DNA from: a virus
Lineage: Duplodnaviria; Caudoviricetes
DNA: 55,522 nt
Virus record (IMG/VR): IMGVR_UViG_3300031515_000001
Location: 1-55,522 of that record
Strand: one strand, 5' to 3'
In this document: piece after piece, positions 1 to 9,939 of the stretch
Position numbering within the stretch: the stretch's first letter is position 1
Layout of the letters: the number at the start of each line of letters is the position of its first letter
Position numbers and translations under genes: made by a program
The notes under the pieces: model-generated
What the model was told of the DNA's origin: nothing
The model's input: only the letters and a program-made list of their open reading frames with translations
Database searches by the model: none

Positions 1-130
1 TTTGTAAGATAACCTTCTATTCCTATATAGTTTCCTTCGATTGTTTGATTGTATGCGATTGAAGACGTAAAATAACCTTCTACGTCTGTAGAATTACCTT
101 CGATTGTTTGATTATATGTAATTGAAGCTT
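1..130. repeat. ~60-bp coding tandem repeat (2 copies at left edge)
   Basis: aaccttcta...ccttcgattgtttgatt recurs about 60 nt apart; positions 38-61 are identical to the last 24 nt of the window. Confidence 0.85.
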
Positions 131-239
131 CATGTTGTGTTACAAAAATACAATCACTAATGATAGAATAAAGAGTATAAGATAGGTTTAATGTATTACC
201 AGATATTACTTCATAACATCTTATATTGAAATCTGACAC
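1..239 (-). CDS. 5' part of a putative tail/virion protein with 20-aa repeats (runs off left edge; probably continues as 54366..55522)
   Basis: Manual translation from GTG at 239: VSDFNIRCYEV...EASITYNQTIEGNSTDVEGYFTSSIAYNQTIEGNYIGIEGYLT; no stop before the edge; same repeat as at the right end. Confidence 0.75.
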   Translation of the reverse strand, partial: MSDFNIRCYEVISGNTLNLSYTLYSIISDCIFVTQHEASITYNQTIEGNSTDVEGYFTSSIAYNQTIEGNYIGIEGYLT

Positions 240-243
240 GATT

Positions 244-299
244 AACTAAATCGGTTTAATCTCCCAGAAATCAATCTGAGAAGTTAAACCGATTTAATT
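244..299 (-). promoter_or_regulatory. 25-bp stem hairpin between SD (AGGAGG, 301-306) and GTG start (239)
   Basis: mRNA-sense AATTAAATCGGTTTAACTTCTCAGA-TTGATT-TCTGGGAGATTAAACCGATTTAGTT, with 3 U.G pairs and 1 mismatch. Confidence 0.75.
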
Positions 300-304
300 C
301 CCTC

Positions 305-1066
305 CTATATATTTATGGTAAAGAAAGAGGATGTTATTGTTATAACACCGCCCTGATTTATTGTTGTTGACGTAAGAATCATATCGGTTCCAAATGTACC
401 GACTGTGCCTTGAATTCTAACAGTATTAGAATTAGTTTGAGTCCCATCATCGCCCGGTGTTAATATTCTAAAGAATGTAGCAGTTCCATTTTTTATACCC
501 GTTCCTCTCCATATTGTTCCGCTCGGAATAGTAAGCCTTCCAGTTGTTGAATCGTAAGTATATCTACAATAATTAGAATTTTGTGTGGCAGACTGAAAAT
601 CCTCTTTAGACATTGTGCTGGAGCCAGTTGCTGAAACTGTAACTGTAAATGGGGTGCCTATATACTTTGATTTTAGACATAAAATTCCATTATTAGACGA
701 AGTTGGAACACACATAGCGTTAACAACAGTGCTAAACCTAAGACGCTCTTCGAGTGCCGTTAATATTTTTAATGCATTATCACCGCTAACGCTCTGGTAT
801 GTGTAATTCACATTATTAATACTTACTGTAAATGAATCTCCTATACTAGCTAAAGCACATGTAACTTTGGTTATCTGGTCTGTATCAGTTCCGCTTATAG
901 GATTTCCGTCTGCAGTAATTGTTACAAGAAGTTGGCTATTGCTAACGCCTGTTTCTGCCTCTGCTGGAGCTGTTCCTTCATAAATATTAATAACAAACCT
1001 TTCAAGTAGCTCCCTTAAATCCTTTCCTTGCATTAATTGTTCTTTTGTAAATCCTGTAAGTTTCAT
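305..1066 (-). CDS. putative virion structural/tail protein
   Basis: SD AGGAGG; Thr/Gly-rich beta-type protein with GTATFFRI...RIQGTVG segments; located in the tail region. Confidence 0.6.
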   Translation of the reverse strand: MKLTGFTKEQLMQGKDLRELLERFVINIYEGTAPAEAETGVSNSQLLVTITADGNPISGTDTDQITKVTCALASIGDSFTVSINNVNYTYQSVSGDNALKILTALEERLRFSTVVNAMCVPTSSNNGILCLKSKYIGTPFTVTVSATGSSTMSKEDFQSATQNSNYCRYTYDSTTGRLTIPSGTIWRGTGIKNGTATFFRILTPGDDGTQTNSNTVRIQGTVGTFGTDMILTSTTINQGGVITITSSFFTINI

Positions 1067-1089
1067 ATTACTTACCTCCTATAATGATT

Positions 1090-3072
1090 TTATACGCTTT
1101 CTATGTACTGCTGTACACAGCTGTCAGATTTTGCTCTTGAGAATGTTTCTGACAATGAATTATGGTAAGAACCAGTAATTTGTGCAGCTACATGAATAGC
1201 ACTCAATGAAGCAGAACAAATCTGGGCAAGAGACGATACTATTCCTCTCATTTTATCAGTAAGCACAGATGCCTGTGTAGTGTACAATCTAACCAGTGAT
1301 TCATATGCTCTCATATTGGTATCATCAGAGGATATAGTCAATCTGCCAGCTACTTCCTGAGCTGAGATTTTAAGTTGTCCTTCTGTTGCTGCCTTTTGTA
1401 TTAAGGATCTATATATATCTCCAAGGGGTGAAGCAGCCGAACCAAGAGCAGAAATAGTATTAGCATAAGCTCTGAGCTTCGAGGTGTATGCTTCCAAAAA
1501 TGATGCGTATGTTGCTAATTTACTCTTTTCAAAATCGGCTCTACCTAATAGACTTTTTATCTGAGCCTCAAGTACAGCAACTGAAGTATCTATCTTTGTT
1601 CTATACGATTCGAGTAACGCTCTATACATATTTATTTTTTCTATCTCTCCTCTCATCATAGCTTCATATAAAGCCACTTTAGTCTGCTGAGCTTGCAGTA
1701 TTAAGGATTTAGCCCTTATGTCTGCTTCATAAAGTTCTATCTTTATTTTCTCATTATTATTTATCTCTGTAAGAATTTGAGTGTGTAATCTGGTGCCCTC
1801 AAGTAATGTTCTGTATGCTTCAAGCTTTGATGCTTCTGCTGCAATTTCCGTTTTATAGGTATCCACAAGCGCCTGATTCATCGACAACTTGAGTTTTATA
1901 TAGTCGTATTTCAAATTATAGTACCTCATTATAGTTTCGCTATATGCTTCCACTCTTTGCAATAGAACCAGCAATATTTCCACAATATTTCTCTTTGTCT
2001 CAGCTATTGTAGATAAACCTTTAACTATAAAATTATCAACTTCCATAAGAGTATAGACATATTTCATCTCATAATCCTTTACATATTGCAGAAGCTGACT
2101 CCATAACTGGAAGAACAACCTTCTATTTTCTGATTCTGTGGTCAGTCTGAGCTTGCTAAAATCAAGAATTATATCCATCCTTTTGTCTCTGGCTGTGCCA
2201 TACAAATCAGCTATCATTGCTGTAGTAAAAGCTGGAGGTAGTGTAAAACCTCGTTGTGATTTATTAATGAAATCAGTAACAGCTTTATCTATAGTATGCT
2301 GAGCATAAGACATCATATCTGCATCAATTCTGTCTATATATATCGGTTCTTTTAGTTCAGAGATTGTAGTTTCAATACTATTTAAATCCGGCTTTTCGGG
2401 GAGATTTGTTTTTAATTCGGAATATGCTATTTGTAAAAGTCCTTCTAATTGATTTACCGTTACTTTATAATCATTGATTCTACTGTTTATTTCTGTTATT
2501 AAATCTTCAAAATCATCAAAATTTATATGAGCTGGCTCTGGTATTTCTACATCAATTAGAGCTGGCTTATCTGGAAATTTAAATAAAGGAGATTCAGGGA
2601 TTGATGGATAATCATTCCTAAGAGTAATTTGTGGTATATTACCGAGTGATATATCTTGTATGGTAGGAGTCTGCGGGAATTGTATTGTTGGCTGATCAGG
2701 TTCATTTGGAATAGAAATTCCACTTACATCCCAATTTAAATCTGAAACCGAAGGAGCATCAGGCAGCTGAGTGGAAGAAATATACTGCATAATAGTATTT
2801 ATCTGGGATATTATATTATTTACAGTATCACTAAAGTTTGTTTCATCTTCAATATTTACTGATACATCAAGTGGAAAACTTCTTGTTGGAATATTGTATT
2901 GTATTGTTGGAAGAGTTGGGTCTTGACTAAGTAAATAATTCTTTAATGATTCAAATGTATTAGATGCATAATTGGACAATGTATTTAAATAATTATTTAC
3001 AATATTTGTTGCCTCCCGTCCTATAAGACCGTGCCATATAGCCCAAGAACCAGTTGTATTACAATAAGACAT
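1090..3072 (-). CDS. putative virion protein, Pro-rich linker plus long coiled coil
   Basis: 660 aa ORF with strong SD; heptad-like helical C-terminal half; structural gene context. Confidence 0.55.
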   Translation of the reverse strand: MSYCNTTGSWAIWHGLIGREATNIVNNYLNTLSNYASNTFESLKNYLLSQDPTLPTIQYNIPTRSFPLDVSVNIEDETNFSDTVNNIISQINTIMQYISSTQLPDAPSVSDLNWDVSGISIPNEPDQPTIQFPQTPTIQDISLGNIPQITLRNDYPSIPESPLFKFPDKPALIDVEIPEPAHINFDDFEDLITEINSRINDYKVTVNQLEGLLQIAYSELKTNLPEKPDLNSIETTISELKEPIYIDRIDADMMSYAQHTIDKAVTDFINKSQRGFTLPPAFTTAMIADLYGTARDKRMDIILDFSKLRLTTESENRRLFFQLWSQLLQYVKDYEMKYVYTLMEVDNFIVKGLSTIAETKRNIVEILLVLLQRVEAYSETIMRYYNLKYDYIKLKLSMNQALVDTYKTEIAAEASKLEAYRTLLEGTRLHTQILTEINNNEKIKIELYEADIRAKSLILQAQQTKVALYEAMMRGEIEKINMYRALLESYRTKIDTSVAVLEAQIKSLLGRADFEKSKLATYASFLEAYTSKLRAYANTISALGSAASPLGDIYRSLIQKAATEGQLKISAQEVAGRLTISSDDTNMRAYESLVRLYTTQASVLTDKMRGIVSSLAQICSASLSAIHVAAQITGSYHNSLSETFSRAKSDSCVQQYIESV

Positions 3073-3099
3073 TTATTACCTCCTGTACATAAATTATAA

Positions 3100-5262
3100 T
3101 TATCTTCTGAAATCTTGCTCGCCGTCCCAAAATGAAAGATATTCATATCCTCTCTCCCCAAGTATATGAACCCCTCTTAAAAAACTCATTATAGAAGAGT
3201 TTATTAGTGGGATTACTGGAGGTGGGAAACATACTTCATTCTGATTTTTTAAAAATATATAATCATTTATATCATTTGACAAACCGCAATAAATTCTAAA
3301 TATTCCATTATTAAAGCAGAAGTTAAACTTTCTCAGTTTCTTTGTACTTATCTCTGGATATAAAGTGCCTTTTTTTTCTGTCCGTCTCAATGGTTCTACT
3401 ACATTAACTGGAATTCTATTATTAAACGGTTTTACATACTTCTCAGAACTATCTACATATACACCTCGACGAAAAAGTAAAGGAACATAACCTACTTCCT
3501 TCATGTGCAACTTATTATCAATCAATTCACAAAGATATGTAGATGTTGTTATAATATCAGTATAAGGATGCACAATACCAGTACGACCAAAGTAAGGTCC
3601 ACTACATAATCCACCTTTCCAAAAAGGAAGACCAAAAGGTTTATTCAGTTCATCATATACTATAAGACTACCATTCGAATCATTCTTTATAAATCCAAAT
3701 ATAGAAGTTTGTGTTCTGTATGTTTGCATTGTCTCAATTGCACATCTTTCAATTATACTGTTGTACTGTGTAGGATATTGTCCGAGGGTATAGGAGGAAG
3801 CAATTTTAAATCCTAAGGCAAAATCTAATTGTATAAGATTTGGATATATATATAACCTTTTATGGCCGGTAAAATCTACGCTTTCATTAGCTGATTGTCC
3901 ACTATGTATAATAAAGTTGTAACATTCTGGACAATACCCGGGTACGGTACAATGTGCAGTTGGAGCAATGTGAATAAAAGCAGAATGGAAATTAGATACA
4001 GTAGTATAATTAACAATAGTAGAAGAAGGAACAGGAATAAGATAAGAATTATAATTGGGAATATATAGAAAGTGGAATCCATCATGTGTCACACTTAAAT
4101 TTTCCAATCCGAGAGCGTAATTCTTTAAAGTTTTAACAACATGTCTGGGATATTCCCACTTTAGAACAATATTGTGTGGAAATGATCTATGAGGATTTGA
4201 GGCGTAAAATGCTCGGGTGCGATATACAACACCGTCTACTAATTCGAATGATGGATTGTACTCATCACGCCCTTCACAATATATGACTCTTTCTTCTGGA
4301 TAATACTTACAAAGTTGTACATGTGGAGAATCTAAAAAAATAAAATTGTATGCTATTGCTGTCAGAGGAGAGAACATTGATGCCCCATCTCTAACTAAAG
4401 TTACAGGAATTCCAATATTATAATAATAATAGTAATGATAATCCACATCTCCTACTACTGTCCATTCTACTGCACATAATGAAAAAATATACATTAAGTT
4501 GAAAGGATTTTCTTGGTCAATAATTACATCTGAGGTTAAAGTCCACAAATAAGAAGTGTGTGGATGTTGTGGATGTAAAGACTTTACATAAAGTAAAGCT
4601 GCCCAACATAACCCATTAAAGGACTTAGAACTTACAGATAAATATTTACTATATTCATTATAAACAGGTAAATTAGTATTGAACCAAGTATAATCAGGAT
4701 AATCAATTGAAGAGAAAGCTCCAACCAACTTTAAAACTCCATTCTGTTCTATAAATAGAATATATATAGGTTGTTCTATAATTCGTATTCTACAATCCCT
4801 ATAAATTGGATTAAAAAGTCCATTAAACATTTGTCCTAATAATGGAGGAGAAAGCCCCCACTCTCTACGCCCTTCTGGTAAAGGGAAGATTCCATCACGT
4901 GTGTATGCCCAATATTCGGGCCATAAACTAGGGGCAGACAGATTAGGATATTTATTTGCATAACTAGCTGGATATTTGTATGGGTATCTATAGCAATCTA
5001 CCATAAGATTAGTAAATTCAAGCCATACATATCTAATCTGTCCTGATGGGGCGGAAATTTCTGGAATTTCTCCTTCTCCGTAAACAACATCAGCTATAAT
5101 ATTATCAGCATTTTTTACAACATGAATTGAACCATCTTCTTCATGCACCCACCCATGTGCAAAATCTAATCCACTTTGCTCGAGCCTATTTATTAATTGT
5201 TTTTTTAAAGGCTCTTTTAATAACCCTTTTTCAACAGCCCCCTTCCATCTCGTTGTTTTCAT
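3100..5262 (-). CDS. hypothetical aromatic-rich protein, probably tail-associated
   Basis: 720 aa ORF coupled by ATGA overlap to the upstream small ORF; no motif recognised. Confidence 0.5.
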   Translation of the reverse strand: MKTTRWKGAVEKGLLKEPLKKQLINRLEQSGLDFAHGWVHEEDGSIHVVKNADNIIADVVYGEGEIPEISAPSGQIRYVWLEFTNLMVDCYRYPYKYPASYANKYPNLSAPSLWPEYWAYTRDGIFPLPEGRREWGLSPPLLGQMFNGLFNPIYRDCRIRIIEQPIYILFIEQNGVLKLVGAFSSIDYPDYTWFNTNLPVYNEYSKYLSVSSKSFNGLCWAALLYVKSLHPQHPHTSYLWTLTSDVIIDQENPFNLMYIFSLCAVEWTVVGDVDYHYYYYYNIGIPVTLVRDGASMFSPLTAIAYNFIFLDSPHVQLCKYYPEERVIYCEGRDEYNPSFELVDGVVYRTRAFYASNPHRSFPHNIVLKWEYPRHVVKTLKNYALGLENLSVTHDGFHFLYIPNYNSYLIPVPSSTIVNYTTVSNFHSAFIHIAPTAHCTVPGYCPECYNFIIHSGQSANESVDFTGHKRLYIYPNLIQLDFALGFKIASSYTLGQYPTQYNSIIERCAIETMQTYRTQTSIFGFIKNDSNGSLIVYDELNKPFGLPFWKGGLCSGPYFGRTGIVHPYTDIITTSTYLCELIDNKLHMKEVGYVPLLFRRGVYVDSSEKYVKPFNNRIPVNVVEPLRRTEKKGTLYPEISTKKLRKFNFCFNNGIFRIYCGLSNDINDYIFLKNQNEVCFPPPVIPLINSSIMSFLRGVHILGERGYEYLSFWDGEQDFRR

Positions 5263-5396
5263 TTTTTAGTTTTTCTCCATTTGCCGTCTTTTGCTCTTTT
5301 ATACCCTGTGCTTGTAGAGCAAATAGCATAGGCGGAATTTTTAGAATATCCCTTCTTTTGTAATTTTTTCACGCATCTTTCCAAAGTACGAGGCAT
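5259..5396 (-). CDS. small basic protein (45 aa, not in ORF track)
   Basis: SD AGGAGG upstream; MPRTLERCVKKLQKKGYSKNSAYAICSTSTGYKRAKDGKWRKTKK; stop overlaps the next start. Confidence 0.7.
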   Translation of the reverse strand: MPRTLERCVKKLQKKGYSKNSAYAICSTSTGYKRAKDGKWRKTKK

Positions 5397-5586
5397 TTTC
5401 TTTACCTCCTTAATTCCATGTCAGACATTTTACTATATATTCTTCATCTTACATAAAAATCCCATTTTTATCTTTGTAAGAAAAACAACGCCAAATTTCA
5501 TTTCTGTTTTGTATTCCAGCTCTTCCTGTACAATCATGAAGTCCTGCTTCTGCTCCACCGTTACCTTTTATGCTAAATATATAATT

Positions 5587-5778
5587 CTAATAAATTCTAA
5601 ATCCTTCCATTAATTCTTGCTTTTCTTGATTACAATTTTCACATAAGTAACAAGTTTCGCCAGTTAACTCTATATCAATCATGACGACTCCTCTAAAAAT
5701 GTCTTGTAACATTGTAGTTGGCACCTGATATTTTGTCTCTGCATCATCAAACTCTTTCTGACAAAGTTGACATTTCCA
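5587..5778 (-). CDS. small zinc-finger protein
   Basis: CQLC...CENC pairs; SD AGGAGG precedes the MWKC start. Confidence 0.6.
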   Translation of the reverse strand, partial: WKCQLCQKEFDDAETKYQVPTTMLQDIFRGVVMIDIELTGETCYLCENCNQEKQELMEGFRIY

Positions 5779-5900
5779 CATTTTCAAACCTCCTACATAA
5801 AATCTTCAAAATCTTTAAAAGCTCCAAATTTTCTTTACAATGCTCCATAAATTGTCTCACAGACATTTGCTCACTTAATAGGCACTCAATAATTAATTTT

Positions 5901-7595
5901 TCAGAATAAATGCCAGTTTGCTCCATCGGATACCACCCTCCTATAATCATATTGTGTGGTAATACTTATACTTGCTTGACCATCTATCGTTTGCCCAGAT
6001 TGCGGAGCAATTGTTACTGCATTCGCAGAACTATCAATTTTTTTTATCACATATTGTCTTCCTGCACAAGTGGTTGCATTTGGTAAAGTAATCGTCCTTG
6101 CCTCATTTGAAGCATTGACTAGAACGACATGGTGATTTACTCCGAGCGTTATATTCGCTGAAACCACATCAACTTTTGTTGCAAATGAACCATTGATTTG
6201 ACATCTACTATGTATGTTTTCATGATTATTATTCGGTATGTTTACACCAAAATTATCATTTACCTGTAATTTACCCCCATCAACTAAACCGAAATACGAC
6301 GAAATCTTTGTTGTTACATTTGGACCAAAAACAAAGTTTGCACTATACTGAACATATGCTCCTTGTGTCAAAAAAATCCCTGTCTGACCTACATCAATAA
6401 GCATTTTGCCATATATAGCACTACCAATCAATATTCCAGACATAAATTGAACGCCATAAGTTGGATTAGAAGTTCCTTTATACAATCTTGTCCCGCTTGA
6501 TAAAAATATCCTTGAGAAGGAATAATTATTATAGACAGCAGTAGATGAAATATTAAGAACCAAACACCCTTGCAAATTAATAAAGCAGTAAGGAGCACCA
6601 GCAGTTGGCAACACTGCATGATTAGAAGTATTGTTTGCATTTATTACAGAATTATGAATCTCTAAATTGGTTTCCCCTGAAGTAATAGTGGGATATGAAC
6701 CATTTGCATAACCTTCAAACAAGCAATTATTAACATTAAAACTTGATGTTCTTCTAAAAACAGCACAATAAAAGTTTGAAGTCATACTTATTTTTAAGCC
6801 CTGAATATTTATAGTTCCAGAATTGTAATCAAGTTGAATATGATCACACATAGACCCCCAATCTAATATCTCATAGCTCCAAGTATTATCAAATGTTACG
6901 GGGAAAGTCTGATTACAATAAATTGATGTGGCATCGTTATAGCAGATTGTTCTGTAGTATGATGTTGTGCCCTTATAAACTCTTATGAGCTTATACTGAA
7001 ATTGATTTGTTGTCCAGTTCTTTGTGGTGTCAGTAACTTGTGCAACTGTGACCAAACTGCCATATATAGGGTCATTTACAGAGTTATTGAAACTGCCAAC
7101 TGTGCCACTATCAAGCCGATTAAATTCTCCTTGCAGTGTTAAACTACCAAATATTTCCATAACAAGACCGTTAAGAAAAATAGAACCATACGATATAGGT
7201 GATTTTTTCAAAACAATAGTGACATAACTTGCCAGCTTAATTGGCAATTCAGATAAAGCCTTTGTCAAAGTTCTATATGGGCTAGAAGATGAACCGTTGC
7301 CAGTTGTATCACTTCCATTAACATTGTCTACATAAAGAGTTAAATTATTTGCAGTTTTATTCCAGCCATCTATTATAAAAGGACCACGGCTTGAAGATAC
7401 TACCGCTGATGAGGCAGTTGGGATGCTTGTTGCATGAAATCCATCTACTGTGTCAGCATTTGTTGATATAAAAATTTTTCCTGAAGTTCCTTGTATAGCC
7501 AGCTCATTAGTATCAGTAGCAAAAGCAGGCTCACCAATCTGTAATGTAGCGTTTTGTATTTGTGATTTAGTTCCTCTTTTTAGTCTTATAATCAT
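5901..7595 (-). CDS. tail fibre/spike receptor-binding protein (Mtd_N-like N-terminus, beta-helix-like body)
   Basis: IRLKRGT...LQIGEPAFATDT N-terminus; LYVDNVNGSDTTGNGSSSSPYRTLTKAL motif typical of the start of a beta-helix; C-terminal TITLP...YVIKKID...TIDG domain. Confidence 0.75.
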   Translation of the reverse strand: MIIRLKRGTKSQIQNATLQIGEPAFATDTNELAIQGTSGKIFISTNADTVDGFHATSIPTASSAVVSSSRGPFIIDGWNKTANNLTLYVDNVNGSDTTGNGSSSSPYRTLTKALSELPIKLASYVTIVLKKSPISYGSIFLNGLVMEIFGSLTLQGEFNRLDSGTVGSFNNSVNDPIYGSLVTVAQVTDTTKNWTTNQFQYKLIRVYKGTTSYYRTICYNDATSIYCNQTFPVTFDNTWSYEILDWGSMCDHIQLDYNSGTINIQGLKISMTSNFYCAVFRRTSSFNVNNCLFEGYANGSYPTITSGETNLEIHNSVINANNTSNHAVLPTAGAPYCFINLQGCLVLNISSTAVYNNYSFSRIFLSSGTRLYKGTSNPTYGVQFMSGILIGSAIYGKMLIDVGQTGIFLTQGAYVQYSANFVFGPNVTTKISSYFGLVDGGKLQVNDNFGVNIPNNNHENIHSRCQINGSFATKVDVVSANITLGVNHHVVLVNASNEARTITLPNATTCAGRQYVIKKIDSSANAVTIAPQSGQTIDGQASISITTQYDYRRVVSDGANWHLF

Positions 7596-7854
7596 TTAAT
7601 TTCTCCTCTAATTCTGCCACCTTCAATCTTTCTTGATTTAGTATCTCTGATAGTTCATTATATTTCTTAGACAGTTCATTCAACTGTCTGATTAAGTCTT
7701 GCTCCCTAACTACAAGCTTTTTATATTCTTCTTCTATCTTTGGCACATTTTTGAGCTTCTTTTCTAATTCCATTTTTTCTACTGTCAATACTCCTATCTT
7801 CATTATCAAATCTTCTACTGAAAGAATTGCATCATCAGTTATTGTTGCCTGCAT
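7567..7854 (-). CDS. coiled-coil protein, possible fibre chaperone
   Basis: 95 aa heptad-rich ORF translationally coupled between two fibre genes. Confidence 0.5.
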   Translation of the reverse strand: MQATITDDAILSVEDLIMKIGVLTVEKMELEKKLKNVPKIEEEYKKLVVREQDLIRQLNELSKKYNELSEILNQERLKVAELEEKLNDYKTKKRN

Positions 7855-8882
7855 TATAATGTTCCTCCATCTACTATATTTATGAACTCAAGAGCATTGG
7901 CTGAAGAATTAACTGCAACAAGATAATTTGCATATCCAGTATAAGAAATTGGCGTATCTGTTAATCCTGTAAATGTTGTAGAGCCTACGGAAACTGATGA
8001 CCATTTTACTCCACTTGCCTGACTTGTATCAACTGTAAGAACTTGCCCGTCGGTGCCTAAAGGCAGAGCTGTCCAAGTTCCATTTCCTGTTGCAACAAGA
8101 ATTTGCCCTTTAGAAGAAAAAGCATGCTGAAGAAGATTATTATTGCTATCTACAAGATCTTTTACATCAAGTGGGTCAGTCCCACCTGATTGGTGAGTTG
8201 TAGCATGAGTTCCCATTCCTGTTGAAAGTTTCTTTCTTTTGTCATCAGAAGCATCAGCATCAAAATAGTAAAATATATTCTCGTCTGTAACAAATGCTGT
8301 ATCTCCGTCTGTAACTTCCTCAAACTCCCATGCTGTTCCATTCCAAGTAGCTATCTGGTAATCGTATCCTGACCATGCACCTGTAGCAGAAGGTGCTATC
8401 CAATACCTGTCATTAGGATTTGGAGAGCTGGGAGGTGATGTTAAATCTTTATCTAAAACTGCTTCATGAAATGTTAAACCCCTCGATACAAGAGTATCAA
8501 CATATGTTTTATTAACCGCATCAGTTGAATTAGTAGGAGTAGCTACATTTATTATTCTTTGATTATTAGCACTAATAGCTGTTGAATTCTGTCCATTGAT
8601 GATGTTCCAGATATCTGAGCCTGTAAGAGCTACAATATTATTTGTTAGTCTTCCTACAACTGTATTGATTCCTATCTGCAAGGCTGCGGGAGTCTCAGCA
8701 GTATTGGCTACCAGTATTGTATAATTTGCGTTATACTCCTTCCAAGTTGAAATTCTTACTGCTGGACTACCTACTCCTTTACCTATTGCCAGTTCGTTAG
8801 TGTCAGTTTTAAATCCAAACTCTCCAACATCCAGTTGGGTACCTATTGGATTCGTCCCTCTTCTAATTTGAATCTTTGGCAT
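7854..8882 (-). CDS. tail fibre protein (Mtd_N-like N-terminus, DUF2793-like middle)
   Basis: IQIRRGT...LDVGEFGFKTDT; INVATPTNSTDAVNKTYVD; LTSPPSSP...DRYWIA..ATGAWSG...IATW...AWEF; ends IVDGGTL. Confidence 0.75.
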   Translation of the reverse strand: MPKIQIRRGTNPIGTQLDVGEFGFKTDTNELAIGKGVGSPAVRISTWKEYNANYTILVANTAETPAALQIGINTVVGRLTNNIVALTGSDIWNIINGQNSTAISANNQRIINVATPTNSTDAVNKTYVDTLVSRGLTFHEAVLDKDLTSPPSSPNPNDRYWIAPSATGAWSGYDYQIATWNGTAWEFEEVTDGDTAFVTDENIFYYFDADASDDKRKKLSTGMGTHATTHQSGGTDPLDVKDLVDSNNNLLQHAFSSKGQILVATGNGTWTALPLGTDGQVLTVDTSQASGVKWSSVSVGSTTFTGLTDTPISYTGYANYLVAVNSSANALEFINIVDGGTL

Positions 8883-8894
8883 AATATACCTCCT

Positions 8895-9074
8895 TTATAA
8901 CACTCCCCCATCTATAATTGGGGGCAGTGGTGTTGTTGATACTGTTGGAAATATAGCAATCTTAATTTGAGTTGATGATACTACAACTGATACCTTCTCT
9001 TTAGGTTTTATTGTTATGTTGGGCTGATTATTTGTAGTAATTTTAACTTTTATTATATTTTCAGTTATATTCAC
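8895..9074 (-). CDS. small tail-associated protein (59 aa, not in ORF track)
   Basis: GTG start overlapping the upstream TAG; MNITENIIKVKITT...PLPPIIDGGVL; fills the gap exactly. Confidence 0.6.
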   Translation of the reverse strand: MNITENIIKVKITTNNQPNITIKPKEKVSVVVSSTQIKIAIFPTVSTTPLPPIIDGGVL

Positions 9075-9460
9075 TATTTTGTTACCTCTGGGTCAATATA
9101 TAAATTACCTTCAAGGATACGAGTAACTACACCGTCTCTACTTTCAATTTCTATATCATAAACATAAGTATTATCTGGAGCTTTTGGATTTTTATCATCG
9201 GCTGATGGTATAGATGCTGTTAAACTTGCTGGCATTGAAATAACTAATTTTCCATTTTCAGCATCAGTTATATAACAAATGAAATTATATGCTATTGAAG
9301 ACTGGTACGACTTTCTAACTTGCCCTCTTACAATATAGCCAGTTAGGTCTATTGGATTATCTGAATTATCGGTAAGGGAGAGAGTTAGTTCCCAAGTAGC
9401 TCCTTGTTTTCCTAACAAATCTACGGAGCCATCACTATTCTGTTTTACCACAATTAGCAT
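9074..9460 (-). CDS. virion protein, BppU-like/Ig-like fibre adaptor
   Basis: QGATW...PIDLTGY..RGQVR...YVYDIEI...RILEG...PEVT pattern common in phage tail adaptors. Confidence 0.65.
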   Translation of the reverse strand: MLIVVKQNSDGSVDLLGKQGATWELTLSLTDNSDNPIDLTGYIVRGQVRKSYQSSIAYNFICYITDAENGKLVISMPASLTASIPSADDKNPKAPDNTYVYDIEIESRDGVVTRILEGNLYIDPEVTK

Positions 9461-9623
9461 TCCATCCCCTCCCCTGTAAAAACTCGTCTATTTCAAGCTC
9501 TTTAGTTTGTAAAATTTCTAATAATTGGATGCTTTCTAATTCTCCTTTATTTAAAAATTTTAAAATATCCCATAATGCCTGTTTATAACCATATAAAAAT
9601 ACTATACATTTAGAACAGTTCAT
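9435..9623 (-). CDS. hypothetical protein
   Basis: 62 aa ORF overlapping both neighbours in the operon. Confidence 0.45.
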   Translation of the reverse strand: MNCSKCIVFLYGYKQALWDILKFLNKGELESIQLLEILQTKELEIDEFLQGRGWNANCGKTE

Positions 9624-9937
9624 TTAAGCATAAACTTAAACACAAAATTTAAAAGAGTAAAAAGAGAGCCAACAATAATACTATAAAGCACCATGTCTTT
9701 TTTAGATACATACTCCTGCTCAATACTTCTAATGCGATTAAAAATATTATCTTTATCTTTACCACAAATATTTTTAAATTCATTAAAAGAATCACCTATA
9801 AATTTTACAGATACCATCAATTCTATTATCTTTTCTTGCCCTTCCATAATTTTGGCTACGTCTTTTTTTAGTTCTTTCAAATCTTTATCAAGACTTTCCA
9901 ACGAATAACTAAGATATTCACACTTATTTTCAGGCAT
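9620..9937 (-). CDS. coiled-coil protein with C-terminal transmembrane helix
   Basis: Heptad N-terminal part; hydrophobic C-terminus MVLYSIIVGSLFTLLNFVF. Confidence 0.55.
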   Translation of the reverse strand: MPENKCEYLSYSLESLDKDLKELKKDVAKIMEGQEKIIELMVSVKFIGDSFNEFKNICGKDKDNIFNRIRSIEQEYVSKKDMVLYSIIVGSLFTLLNFVFKFMLK

Positions 9938-9939
9938 GA

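Noticed and set aside
5901-8882. Diversity-generating retroelement suggested by Mtd_N-like domains
   Set aside because: No reverse transcriptase ORF and no template/variable repeat pair noticed
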